Part shown: piece by piece, positions 46,701 through 59,515 of the stretch | Layout: the number at the start of each line of letters is the position of its first letter | Numbering within the stretch: the stretch's first letter is position 1 | Assembly: GCF_000143415.4 (NCBI RefSeq) | Contig: NW_003314289.1 | Span: 1,135,680 to 1,199,679 of the forward strand | Source: Selaginella moellendorffii | Taxonomy: Eukaryota > Plantae > Lycopodiophyta | Reading direction: 5' to 3' | DNA: 64,000 bases | The notes under the pieces: generated by a model | Databases searched by the model: none | Seen by the model: only the letters and a program-made list of their open reading frames with translations | Told to the model about the DNA's origin: nothing | Position numbers and translations under genes: made by a program

Positions 46701-49420
46701 AAAAGCAGAACAAGATGGAAACACAGAAAGAAAGAGTGGGGGAACAAAAGTAATGGAAGCAGAGGTAGAAGTAGAGGGACGAAGAGATATGGAAGTGAGA
46801 GGAATGGATGAAACATAAGGAAGTATGAGGGGGAGAAGCCTCAAAGTCACACTTGGCATGATTGCGCTGCAACCAATCCATACCAAGAATGAGGTCAAAA
46901 GCTTGACTCGGCACCACCCGCAATGACTGCAACTCAAGCTCGAGATCGCCCACACACACAACTAGGTCCACCTCATCCCGTGCACATGCATGTGTACGGC
47001 TGTTGCCATAAAGAATGAAAACTGGTTCCGCCGCACGACGCAAGTGTAGACGACAACGTGTGGCAACAGGTCGAGCAATAGAAGATAAACTCGAACCTGT
47101 ATCAACCAATACGGAGAGAATAATAGGAGACCTCTTGTTATAAAAATGAGCTTGGAAAGTAAACACTGGATGAACTGGTGCCGAGTGAACCCCTTGATGA
47201 TACTCCCGAAAGAAAGATGGAGGGGTCACTGATTTATTCGCGCAAGGTCCCTCCATTACTCGCGTGACTCCTCGTTTCCCGGATGCATCTCGGTGTCCAG
47301 ACCTTCTACTGTAGTAGCACCCACGAGACGTTGCTGATGCAAAGGTCTCCACCCAGGAAATGGAGGTCGCTAATCTGGAAAACGATGGCAATGCCGATAA
47401 GTATGACCGACTTCATCACACACCCAGCAGTGAACATCACGGCCACGACCACGTCCTCGCGCTTGTCCTTGAACTCGAGCAGTAGCAGCATCAACCTCCA
47501 TTGGAACAGGACCATCACCCATAGGAAGTGGAGCGGAAGGACGTGCAGCGAGAAGTGGAAGAGGCGACGTCTCATAATGTTGTGCCAAGCGAAGTGTGAG
47601 ACACAAAATCCCTAGGCCCCAAAGTGGAGCCGGAAGGGCGCCACGTGGTAGTGGCCAAAGCGAGAGCCAAACGAGTGTAACACGTTTGGACCAAAAGCTC
47701 CGACTTGAAAAGTCAAGAGCAGGAGTGGAACTCCCAACGAAGTGCTCGAGGAACAAGCACAAAGAGAGCAATAAGCGAGGCTCCAAAAGGGACCCAAAAG
47801 GACCAACACATGACACGTGGAAGTTTCCGAGATGGACCCGAGTTGGAGTCCAAAGTGGAGTCCGAGGTGGACCCGAGATGGACCCGAGATGGAGTCCGAA
47901 GTGGAGTCCGAGAAGGACCCCAAGATGGAGTCCGAGATGGAGTCCGAGGTGGAGTCCGAGGTGGACCGAGATGGACCCGAAATGGAGTCCGAGATGGAGT
48001 CCGAGATGGACCCGAGATGGAGTCCGAGATGGAGTCCGAGATGGACCCGAGATGGAGTCCGAGTTGGAGTCCGAGATGGACCCGAGATGGAGTCCAAAGT
48101 CGAGACCGGGACCAAGACCGAGACCGGGACCGAGATCGAGACCGAGATCGGGACCGAGACCGAGACCGAGGCCAAGCCCAAGTCCGAGTCCGAGTCCGAG
48201 TCCGAGTCCGAGTCCGAGTCCGGAGCCTGAGAGGGTGAAAGCCCAAAGCGTTCGTCTCCCAGACCCTGGGGGGTTTGGTGAGTTCCAAAAGTATAGTAGG
48301 GGGAGGACTGCAGTGGAGCCAGTTTGGCCAGGAAAGGCCAATTTGGCCCAGGAAGGCCGGACTTAGTGTTGGGTGATGAGCTGCCCACTGGGAAGTCCAA
48401 GACTAGAGTGAACATGGACCGACAAGCGGGGTAGCTTGGTGAAGTGTTCAAGAGCCGGCTTTAGTTCCCCCGGGAGATCGACTGGCCGATGCTCCCAGTC
48501 CAAGTGTGGGTGGCACTGCCTACTTGGATACCTGTCGTGGCTCAACGGAACCTCGCTCTAAGCCCATGGCTAGAGCACCTAAAGGCGAAAGGCGGGGAGA
48601 GTACCCATGAGGCTTGCGTAAGGCCACGGTGTTCCGAAATGTTGTCCCAAAGTCCCAGACTATGGAAAGGAAGAGGAGTAGCCCTCTAGTGTGGTGACAA
48701 AGGACACGGTCACCCAGTGAGGAAGTCCCAGAGGACAGTTGGACTTAGAGGTCGGGCCTGCGGGCCTTGATCCAGTGGCAGTGTTGGTGAACACGGCCAT
48801 CGACAGAGAGGGACTTGGTGGGGACCGGAAAAGAGATATTGGGGAAGGTTATTCCCTAAGTCTGCGAGCATCCTAAGGATGCTAAGGAGTGGATCTGGGA
48901 TGATCCCTCATGGATGGATAGCCTAGTCTATGAGAGACAGGATTGCAATGTAGGTGGTGTTGGACCACTAGCGTGACCAAGGTGAATAGGTATGGCCTCA
49001 GCGTAATGGGCCGATATGTCGGAGATACCTTGGGGTGTCGATCATGGGATCGGACACGTGGAGCACTTAGACCAAGTGCAAAGGTTGAGTGGTATGGATG
49101 CCATTCTCGAGGCTAGCAAGCCCCAAGTCCTAACTGGGACTTGTGGAGGTTGTGAATGAGACTCCTCCAAGTGGTCGGAGGTGTGGTTAAGTGACTAAAG
49201 TAAAATGGAAAAATTAGTCGCTTACACGAAGAGCATCGTCAAGGGTGGCAGGAGCAAGTGCATGCACAAGTCTGACAAGATCTTGACAAAGTGCTGGCCA
49301 CAACATTCCTAGCTTGATCCACTCCGACATATTTGGCTCCGCACGAAGCAAAAGACTTTGGAAACGAACGCTAAATTGCATCACCGACTCAGATGGCCCT
49401 TGGTGAAGACGATGCCTCAA
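43760..49420 (-). mobile_element. Ty3/gypsy retrotransposon gag-pol, frameshifted and 5'-truncated, interrupted by a solo LTR
   Basis: Domain order: gag (CWVCDEVGHTYRHC), protease (VLVDTGSS), RT (LDLASGYWQV, MPFGLNNAPATFQR, FIDD), RNase H (HVDASDIGFGG), integrase (GHMG...CVWCQ, FDLMGP, SDNSP, AYHPQSDGMVER, WKGPY). A purine tract lies near 43770-43790. Confidence 0.92.
47595..49226 (+). mobile_element. Family A solo LTR inserted in gypsy gag
   Basis: TGTGAGACAC...GTCGCTTACA with TSD CGAAG (47590-47594 and 49227-49231). Removing it restores gag DDALR|LAQHYE. Confidence 0.92.
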
Positions 49421-49499
49421 TGGTTATTCTTGTACTTTTAGGATAACTTTCTATGGTTATAGAACATACAAGTAGACACATTATGACAAAATAGCTTGC

Positions 49500-50731
49500 A
49501 TGTACACCATTTTGTAATTCTCTATATGTGAAAGAAAATCATAAGGTCTTGTTGAACATAAAAGTTTGTGACTGCATTTCATCCATAACTTTAGCTTTTG
49601 ATCTCTTTGTTTTTGTTCTTCTTCAAGCTGGATTGTATAGTCAACCAAGGCATGTCCTAGATGACAGCAGCATGTTCTTCACCTTGTTGGATCTTCAAGA
49701 GCTGGATAGACAAGGTAAATTTGACCTATATTGGTTTTACACAATTCAAGTTTTTGGCAAGATTGGAATGGGTTAATTTAACAGCCCAATGCTAAAGGCA
49801 GCAGAATAAATGTGTTTTGCATTCCAAAAGGGGGATACCTTTAAGTCATCTAGCTTGAAGATGTTATGAGACACACCTCGCCACATACACATTAGGGCTT
49901 TCTGTTGTGTCCATTAGTGCAGTGTGCTTGACCCCAATTTATCTCATGGTATTTGAGTTGGGATAGTGCTATGGAAGGAAAACCATCCATTCGCAAGTTT
50001 GATAGAGAAGGTTTTGAGGGATTCAAGATCCATCTTGAACCCTACCTCTTGTTTCATGGTTTGTTGGGGGTTGTAGATGGGACAAAGCTAGGGTTATAGC
50101 ATTGTTGAGGTGCATGAATGGCTAGAGGGAGCATTGCAATGTGCTTGTCCTCAAATGTTTTCTTTGTTGCTTCATTGATTCCCAAGTTCATTTCTGCAGC
50201 ATTTTAGAAATGTTTGAGTGACACCTACAGCACCAAGAGTGAAATGGATACCTTTAACATCCATTCACAAATGGACTCCTTTAGGGTAGAGGAAAATAGT
50301 ATATTGCCAAGCTCTAGGGCTTTTCCACACAGTTTGCAACTGTTGGAAAAGGAGTATGGCCATCTCAACTCAACAAGTAACCCCCAAGCATAGACTTGTT
50401 CCCTAGAGTGCAATGTACTTGGCTTCTATGCTAGAAAACAGAAATGGCCTTTATTATTAGCAAAGATAGCATCAATGTAGTATGTCAATATTGCATCACC
50501 TCCCAAATAAGAAATGCATTTGGCAACTTGCCAATGCATGTGTTGTACAACTCAAAGTCATAGTCATATATGCAATGTAAAGGTGAGTTGTTATGCCAAA
50601 TATATAAGGCACCAATGAGATGGCAATAGGGAGTCCCAACAAGTAGGGGCACACCTGTCTACTCAACTGTGAGATCAATGGCACCAACAACCATCAAGTC
50701 TTGATAGGGTGGCAATCATGCATGATCAAGT
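49500..50731 (+). mobile_element. Ty1/copia remnant (LTR end, PBS, degenerate gag)
   Basis: ...TCTCA followed by TGGTATTTGAG (about 49947), then ATG at 49971 giving MEGKPSIRKFDREGFEGFKIHLEPYLLFHGLLGVVDGT, typical of copia gag N-termini. Many stops follow. The left boundary is approximate. Confidence 0.55.
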
Positions 50732-51334
50732 TGTGAGACACAAATTCCTAAGCCCCAAAGTGGAGCTGAAAGGGCACCACGTGGTGGTGGCCGAAGTAAA
50801 AGCCAAACAAGTGTAACACGTTTGGACTAAAAGCTTCGACTTGAAAGGTCGAGAGCAAGAGTGGAACTCCCAATGAAGTGCTCGAAGAACAAGCATGAGA
50901 TGAGCGATAAGTGAGTCTCTAGAAAAGGGACAAGAGGACCAACACATGACACGTGGAAGAGTTTGAGATGAACCCAAGATGGACCCAAGATGGATCTGAG
51001 ATGGAGTCCAAGATGGACCCGAGATGGAGTCTGAGATGGACCCAAGATGGACCCGAGATGGAGTCCAAGATGGAGTCTGAGATGGACCTAAGATGGAGTT
51101 TGAGATGGACTCGAGATGGCGTCTGATGTCGAGACTGAGACCGAGACCGAGACCGAGACCAAGACCAAGACCGGGACCGAGGCCGAGGCTGAGACTGAGC
51201 CTGAGCTTGAGCCCAAGTCCGAGTCCGAGTCCGAGGGTGAAAGCCCAAAGCGTTCGTCTCCCAGACCCTGGGGGGTTTGGTGAGCTCCAAAAGTATAGTA
51301 GGGGGAGGACTCCAGTGGAGCCAGTTTGGCTAGG

Positions 51335-54300
51335 TGTGAGACACAAAATTCCTAGGCCCCAAAGTGGAGCCGGAAAGGGTGCCACGTGGTAGTGGCCGAA
51401 GCGAAAGCCAAACGAGCATAACACGTTTGGACTAAAAGCTCCGATTTGGAAGGTCGAGAGCGGGAGTGGAACTCCCAACAAAGTGCTCGAGGAGCAAGCA
51501 CGAGGCAACCAATAAGCAAGGCTCCAAAAAGGGACCCAAAAAGGACCAACACATGACACATGGAAGTGTCCGAGATGGAGTCCGAGGCAGACCCGAGTTG
51601 GAGTCCGAGATGGACCCGAAGTGGAGTCCGAGATAGACCCAAAGTGGAGTCCGATATGGAGTCTGAAGTGGAGTCTGAGATGGAGTCCGAGATGGACCCG
51701 AAGTGGAGTCCGATATGGAGTCTGATATGGAGTCTGAGATAGAGTCCGAGATGGACCCGAAGTGGAGTCTGATATGGAGTCCGAGATGGAGTCCAAGATG
51801 GACTTGAAGTGGAGTCCGAGATGGAGTCCGAGATGGACCCGAGATGGAGTCTGAGATGGACCCGAGATGGAGTCCGAGATGGACCCAAGATGGAGTCCGA
51901 GATGGAACCGAGACCGGGACCGAGGCCGAGACCGAGACCGAGACCGAGACCGAGTCTGAATCGAAATCCGGGACCGAGACCGAGTCCGAGTCCGAGTCCG
52001 AATACTAATACAGGCAGTTGGGTGAAAGCCCAAAGTGATCATCCCCCGGGGGGGGGGGGGGGTTCCAAAAGTATAGTAGGGAGAGTGTGGGGCTTGGAGC
52101 CCAGTGGAGCCAGTTTGGCCAGGAAAGGCCAGTTTGGCCCCGGAAGGCCAGACCCAGTGTTGGGTGATGTGTTGACCACTGGGAAGTCCAAGACTGGAGT
52201 GAACACTGACCGACAACCGGGGTAACTTGGTGAAGTGTTCAAAAGCCGGCTCTAGTTCCCCCGGGAGATCGACTGGCCGATGCTCCCAGTCCAAGTGTGG
52301 GTGGCACTACCTACTTGGATACCAGGCGTGGCTCAACGGAACCTCGCTCTAAGCCCATGGCTAGAGAACCCAGAGGCGGAAGGCGGGGAGAGTACCTAGG
52401 TGGCTCGCGTAAGGCCACGGTGTTCCGAAATGTTGTCCCAAAGGCCCAGACTGTGGAAAGGAAGAGGAGCAGTCCTTTGGGGTACTGACCAAGGACACAG
52501 TCGTGTGGTGAGGAAGTCCCAGAGGACCGTGGGACTTGGTGGTCGGGCCTATGGGCCTCGATCAAGTGGCAGTGTTGGCAAACACGGCCAAGGGCAGAAA
52601 GGGACTTAGTGGGGACTGGCAGAGGGATATTGGGGAAGGCTATTCCCCTTATCGGTGGGCATCCTAAGGATGCTAAGGAGTGGATTTGAGATGACCACTC
52701 ATGGATGGTTTGCCTAGTCTTGGAGAGCCAAGACTGTGATGCAAGTGGTATTGGACTACCAGTGTGGCAAAGGTGATTGGGCATGGCCTTAGCGTAACAG
52801 GCTGCCATGTCGGTGGTACATTTGAGTGTCGGTCATGGGATTGGACACGTGGAGCACTTGGACCAAGTGCAAATGTTGAGTGGCATGGATGCCATTCTCG
52901 GGGCTAGCAAGTCCCAAGTCCTGAATTGGACTTATGGAGGTTGTGAATGAGGCTCCTCCAAGTGGTCGGTGGTGTGGTTAAGTGAGTAAAGTAGAATGGA
53001 AAATTTAGTCGCTTACAATTTGGTATCGGAGTTGTTCCTTAGTCCGACTTTTATTGGTGCTCAAGTATATCACTATTGATATTGGCATTGGAAGGTCCTA
53101 GGAGTGGGCTTATCCTTGAGGAGTAGCATGCCTAGAGGACATGGCTCTCCACTCAAGTTCATGCGTGACTTGGGCGCGATGTGGTGGATAGAAAAGGGGC
53201 CGGTAAGGGAACGACTTTGGGATCTTGGGAACAGTATACGGTTTTCCTCAGAGAGTTGAGGATGTGATCCAGATGAGCATTTGACTCAATAAATGGCCAA
53301 CGTAGTTGTGGTAAACAACTAAAGTTGGGATCACAGGAAAGATAAAGACTCCAAAGCAATAAGGGAGTCACAAGATTATCCTCATATAGTTGAGGTTGGT
53401 GCTCATGAATGTGAGACCAGAAGTAATAACCGTGGGAGGTCAAATACGGAAGAGGACTCAAGTCTTTGAAATGGTAGCCGGGGCTACCTTTAATAAATGC
53501 TGGAACAACCCAAGGAGTTGGGGGGTGTACTTAGAGATGAGTTGGTATTCTCATCACATGGACAAGTAGTCCTAAGGGGTAGAGGTTGCCCCCGAGAACA
53601 AAAACAACTGTCAGAGTAACACTTGTGAAAATAGTCCTTCTGAGTAGGACAGGAATGCAGGAAGTGTATTCCAGTGAGCTAGTGCCTCACAAGTGAGACC
53701 TTATGGGTCTGTGGATTAACCAAGTCCAGAACTGCTAGATGACTCAAGTAGAGTCAAGGAATGGTCCTAAAAGGATTGATGGAAGCATTTGGACTGAGGT
53801 GTGTGGTACCCCACGAAAGATGGGGGGGGGGGGGATCATAGGATCCAAGGATGAGAACAGAGGGTATCTCATCGATGGCAAAATGTGCCATGCTAAAGTC
53901 ATGGGAAAGGTGTTCCCAAAAAGAAAATAACTTTGACACAAAGTTGTGTGTGACCTTTATGGTGCAGTGCTAACAGATGGTTGGCATGAGAAAGAGTAGT
54001 ATTGATCTTGGCAAAGACTTAGACACAAAGAAGAAGTGTCATAGAGGTAGGCTCGTGAAGCCGATGGTGTGGAGACACCAAATGTGCCAAGGTGTGATAC
54101 CTTGAGGCTATGTTGGTGGGTTCATGAGAACCCCTTGCTAAAGGAATCCCAATGGAAATGGGAATGGCATAGCCTAAGCGGTAGAGCATGCAGTTGGAGT
54201 GTGGTGACCCAAATAATGATGGAGGTGTGGAAGCACCAGCAATGAGTTGTAGGACTTGACAACTATGAGGCAACTAAGCAAGAGGTGCAAAATAATTGGT

Positions 54301-57300
54301 TAAACGGGTAAAAGGTAGCTACCCAAGCCTTCTTAATGGCATAGGGAAGTTGGATGTACCCTTACGGGGGATAAGTTGCTTATGTTGCGATATAGTAAGT
54401 CAATGTCATAAAAGGAAATACTCATTGTCAAGGAAGCCATCATTGGGACACCCAAACACTCTAAAACACTAGAGTGGTGTTTGATGTCGCGAGGGTAATA
54501 AATAAGGCCCAAGGGACTAAGTCCCTAGCGAATGATGGATAGAAGGTGCTATCCAAATGTCCAAAGGTGGCCAAGACAAGAGAAGACTGTCTACTCGAAT
54601 TGGACAAAGCCAAAAAGGGAATTTTGGCAAGGCTAGTGATGGGCATGTAAAGGCCCGTAAGCAACAACGTAATCTCGTTGTGTGGGATTATAGGGTGAGC
54701 ATACCTGGATTGAGGAACCACTCCCTAGGCTATCAGGTAGGTTCATCTCTAAGAATACTTGCTAAGGCATGATAGAAAGTGCAAAGCTATCCTCCTGGTC
54801 TGGAGGAGAATGACCGAAGGAAAGGTGTGAAGCCAAAAGCAAGAAGTAAGGGGATAGAACCGAACCATAAGAATTGAAGGGCATAACCAAGGTTGGTTAT
54901 GCCAGCTGGGAGTGGAGAATCAAGTGGGGGCTCGAGGGTATTGCCGCTAGCAACCGTGATGCTATGGAGAGTCTAAAATATAGAATTGTCCATGTTAAAC
55001 TATATGGTAATTGGAAAGCTTGCAAAAAAGGAGGCCTTAGCAAGCTAGAGGACAGAGTTCCTTCAAGGTTCCCAAAGATGATTCTAGGTAGTTTAGTACC
55101 TAGAAAGGCCAAGTGTAAATGGTTCAAGGAACGCGCGAAATCAGAGTGGCGCAGCAGAAGAGTAGTCTTGAAGCTTGCCATGAGGCAAAGCTATCAAGGT
55201 TAGGGAAGTAGTTCCCGAGTGTTCAAAGAGAAGGCTTTGAATGAAAGTCGATGACCAAGCGCTTTCACGCTTGTGCAGAAACCATGTTACAGTGGTCGGA
55301 GGACTTGCTAAAGCGAGATTGGCAAGTCAGGGGAACAAATACCCTAGTTGAAGGTGATAACTTCAAAAAGGGTGGGCCATGGGGCTAAGCATGGAGGAGT
55401 CCATGCATGATCACAGACTTGTCAAGTGAGAGGACTTGGCAGTGTGGAGGAATTAGGTTCCTAAGCTGTGATCTATGGCGCACTTTGAGTATAAGTTGGT
55501 GCACTGGCGTGGGGAGTCACGCCAGGCATCCTGGGTGATGCCGTCCGTAAATGCATATATGGAGGTTGGGTTCGAGTCCCGACCCTCTAGTGCTTGGGTT
55601 CGAGTCCCAACTCACTAGGGCGTGGTGATGGTTTGGAATATGAGGACACTCATTTTTCGGTGGTCATGGACTCTCAGTGTGGAGACTAGCTTGGGCACAC
55701 CGCCAAGCGAGGGATGCCTCAGAGTCGTGATGCACGGTTAGATTGCTTAGTGTGGCTCAGCATATCTAACTTGAACACTTTGGTGGAAGTGGCACCAAGG
55801 ACGTGGTGAATGAGATGGGGACACCCAGTCTCAGTTGCTATGGACCCTTGGCCGGAAGGGCTGGCTTGGGCGCACCGCCAAGTGTGGGGGATGCCCCCGG
55901 GGTCGTAGTTAACAAGTTAAAGGTCTGGAAGACCTAGTACCTATTGGCAAACTTGTTAAGGTGCCAAGGTAAGATCACTAGGTGATCTTGTGGTTAAATA
56001 AGGACAAGGTCCTTGTTTGGGTTAAGGAATAAGGTTCCTAGTTCAAAGTGTTGATTTGAACTATTGATGATGGTGTGGCTTGGTTAAGGTGACCAAGTGG
56101 GAAAAGCACCTTAGGGAAATGAGCTATGTCATTGCGATGGCATAATGTGTCCAAAGGAAGTAGTCTCTAAAGAGACCCATGGGAGGGTCACAAAGTTGGG
56201 TTGTGGATAGAGCCCACAGCAGAAGATGCTAAAGAGACTTACTAGGGGTGAACACCCTAGTCTTGGCAAAGCAGAGCCTTTGCTATGGAATCAAAAGAAT
56301 ACCTCAAGGAGGGAGGTAGAGATTCGATGTTGCTTGGTGTAATAATCAACGGATAGGAGCAAAAGATGAGTGGCCAAGATAGGGCCGTGGAATCCCTTGG
56401 AAGGAATCCAAGTGGCAAAGTTAGGCGAGGAACACTAATGTGTTAGACGCTAACAAATTGCGGGAAAGGAAGTGTGTTTCCAAGGATAGATTCTGAATTG
56501 CTCCGATTTGGCGAAAGGGGAAGCTCCAAGGGAGGGAGCGGTAAGGTAGCCAAATGCCAAATGATAGGGCCATGAACAGCTCTAGCACAAAGTATGATAA
56601 TTGGAACTTAGTGCCCCAGGGTGGCACGAAATAGAAGAGAGGATGATGGTGCCCTCGAGTAGAGAACTTCCTAGGATGGGAAGTGGAATTGCACAAAAGG
56701 TGCAAGGCAAGGTGTCGGAGACACCTAGGAAATTGACTCCAAGAAGTCAAAATTCAAAGTTCCAAAGTGCAAAGGTTATATCGATGGGAATTGAGACCAC
56801 TCGAGAATGAGTAGTGGGAATTAAGTTAGAGAAGATGTCTTTAACAGGTTTAGTGAGAACTGAACCAATAAAAGGGAGCAAACCACCCTAGGTGGTCGAA
56901 TAAGTCTCTATGTTGGAAAGACTATGCTCCTTAGAGGATGGGCAAGGCATAGTGAGCCTTTGGTGTCAAACCATTGACGAATATGGAGAAGGCATGGTGA
57001 GCTTTCAATGTCAAACTATTGACAAATATTGGCTAGGTGCCAAGGATGGAAATGGTAACACATGCGGGTGTTACTTTATAAAATAGTTTATCGTTTGATG
57101 AGGACATCGAACTTCGTCTATGGGTGGTGGAGTTGTGAGACACAAAATTCCTAGGCCCCAAAGTGGAGCCGGAAAGGGTGCCACGTGGTAGTGGCCGAAG
57201 TGAAAGCCAAACGAGCATAACACGTTTGGACTAAAAGCTCCGACTTGGAAGGTCGAGAGCGGGAGTGGAACTCCCAACAAAGTGCTCGAGGAGCAAGCAC

Positions 57301-59515
57301 GAGGCAACCAATAAGCAAGGCTCCAAAAAGGGACCCAAAAAGGACCAACACATGACATGTGGAAGTGTCCGAGATGGAGTTCGAGGCGGACCCGAGTTGG
57401 AGTCCGAGTGTAAGCAACCAAAGGGAACGACTCGAGAGACGATCCATGGGGTTCAAATATAGAGGGAAAGGGCCCATGAACAAGAGTGCACCCCCTTTTC
57501 CAATCGGTTAAGGGTCTTGGGATAGTTGGAGTTAAGTGTCCTTGGGTTTGAATAGTACTGGGCTGGGTGACCTCCCGGGAAGTCCAAATTCAGTCGTTTA
57601 CATTTGGTATCGGAGCGGTCTCGGGTCCGACTCTGTTGGTTGGCTAAGGGAATCACACCACATGTTGATTGACATCTGGCTGGTCCAGTTTGCTCCCGCT
57701 GGGCTCGACCCAAGGGGTAGGGTGTCAAGAGAGCGAGGCTCTCGGGAGAGCTGCGGCTCTCAGCTTCCGTTCACGAGGACGTGAACTTGCAGGGAAGCGT
57801 GGTGGATTGTAAGCAACCAAAGGGAACGACTCGAGAGACGATCCATGGGGTTCAAATATAGAGGGAAAGGGCCCATGAAGAGTGCACCCCCTTTTCCAAT
57901 CGGTTAAGGGTCTTGGGATAGTTGGAGTTAAGCGTCCTTGGGTTTGAATAGTACTGGGCTGGGTGACCTCCCGGGAAGTCCAAATTCAGGAGCTTACACC
58001 GAGATGGACCCGAAGTGGAGTCCGAGATGGACCCGAAGTGGAGTCTGAGATGGACCCGAAGTGGAGTCCGATATGGAGTCCGAAGTGGAGTCTAAGATGG
58101 AGTCCGATATGGAGTCCGAGATGGACCCGAAGTGGAGTCCAATATGGAGTCCGAGATGGAGTCCAAAGTGGAGTCTGAGATGGAGTCCGATATGGAGTCC
58201 GAGATGGACCCGAAGTGGAGTCCGATATGGAGTCCGAGATGGAGTCTGAGATGGACCCGAAGTGGAGTCCAATATGGAGTCCGAGATGGACCCGAGATGG
58301 AGTCCGAGATGGAGTCCGAGATGGACCCGAGATGGAGTCCGAGATGGACCCGAGATGGAGTCCGAGATGGACCTGAGATGGAGTCCGAGATGGAACTGAG
58401 ACCGGGACCGAGACCGGGACTGAGACCGAGACCGAGACCGAGTCCGAGTCCGAATCCGGGACCGAGTCCGAGTCCAAGTCCGAGTTCAAGTCCGAATACT
58501 AATACAGGCAGTTGGGTGAAAGCCCAAAGCGATCGTCCCCCAGGGGGGGGGGGGGGGGGCTGCGGGGGGTTCCAAAAGTATAGTAGGGAGAGTGTGGGGG
58601 TTGGAGCCCAGTGGAGCCAGTTTGGCCAGGAAAGGCTAGTTTGGCCCAGGAAGGCCAGACCTAGTGTTGGGTGATGTGCTGACCACTGGGAAGTCCAAGA
58701 CTAGAGTGAACACGGACTGACAAGCTGGTGAAGTGTTCAAGAGCCGGCTCTAGTTCCCCCGGGAGATCGACTGGCCGATGCTCCCAGTCCAAGTGTGGGT
58801 GGCACTACCTACTTGGATACCAGGCGTGGCTCAACGGAACCTCACTCTAAGTCCATGGCTAAAGCACCAAGAGGCGGAAGGCGGGGAGAGTACCCAAGTG
58901 GCTCGCGTAAGGCCACGGTGTTCCGAAATGTTGTCCCAAAGGCCCAGACTGTGGAAAGGAAGAGGAGCAGTCCTTTGGGGTACTGACCAAGGACACAGTC
59001 GTGTGGTGAGGAAGTCCTAGAGGACCGTGGGACTTGGTGGTCGGGCCTATGGGCCTCGATCCAGTGGCAGTGTTGGCAAACACGGCCAAGGGCAGAAAGA
59101 GACTTAGTGGGGACTGGCAGAGGGATATTGGGGAAGGCTATTCCCCTTATCGGTGGGCATCCTAAGGATGCTAAGGAGTGGATTTGAGATGACCACTCAT
59201 GGATGGTTTGCCTAGTCTTGGAGAGCCAAGACTGTGATGCAAGTGGTATTGGACTACCAGTGTGGCAAAGGTGATTGGGCATGGCCTTAGCGTAATAGGC
59301 TGCCATGTCGGTGGTACATTTGAGTGTCGGTCATAGGATTGGACACGTGCAGCACTTGGACCAAGTGCAAATGTTGAGTGGCATGGATGCCATTCTCGGG
59401 GCTAGCAAGTCCCAAGTCTTGAATTGGACTTATGGAGGTTGTGAATGAGGCTCCTCCAAGTGGTCGGTGGTGTGGTTAAGTGACTAAAGTAGAATGGAAA
59501 ATTTAGTCGCTTACA
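51335..59515 (+). mobile_element. Complete family A element nested in the LTR of an older copy
   Basis: 5' LTR 51335-53017, PBS TGGTATCGGAG at 53021, PPT about 57120-57132, 3' LTR 57134-59515. TSD CTAGG/CCAGG with one mismatch. Confidence 0.9.
57409..57998 (+). mobile_element. Complete Cassandra TRIM (590 bp) with 5S rRNA-derived LTR segments
   Basis: LTRs 57409-57602 and 57808-57998, PBS TGGTATCGGAGC at 57605, PPT GGGAAGCGTGGTGGA, TSD CCGAG. The LTRs contain GAGTTAAGYGTCCTTGGG...TAGTACTGGGCTGGGTGACCTCCCGGGAAGTCC, matching the 5S A, IE and C boxes. Confidence 0.93.

Noticed and set aside
57528-57585. 5S rRNA gene
   Set aside because: Only the internal A, IE and C box portion is present, inside TRIM LTRs, which is the known Cassandra hallmark.
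58543-58569. Poly-G runs in LTRs (also about 8322-8356 and 52046-52062) as functional G-quadruplexes
   Set aside because: They are variable-length homopolymers absent from other LTR copies, with no evidence of function from sequence alone.
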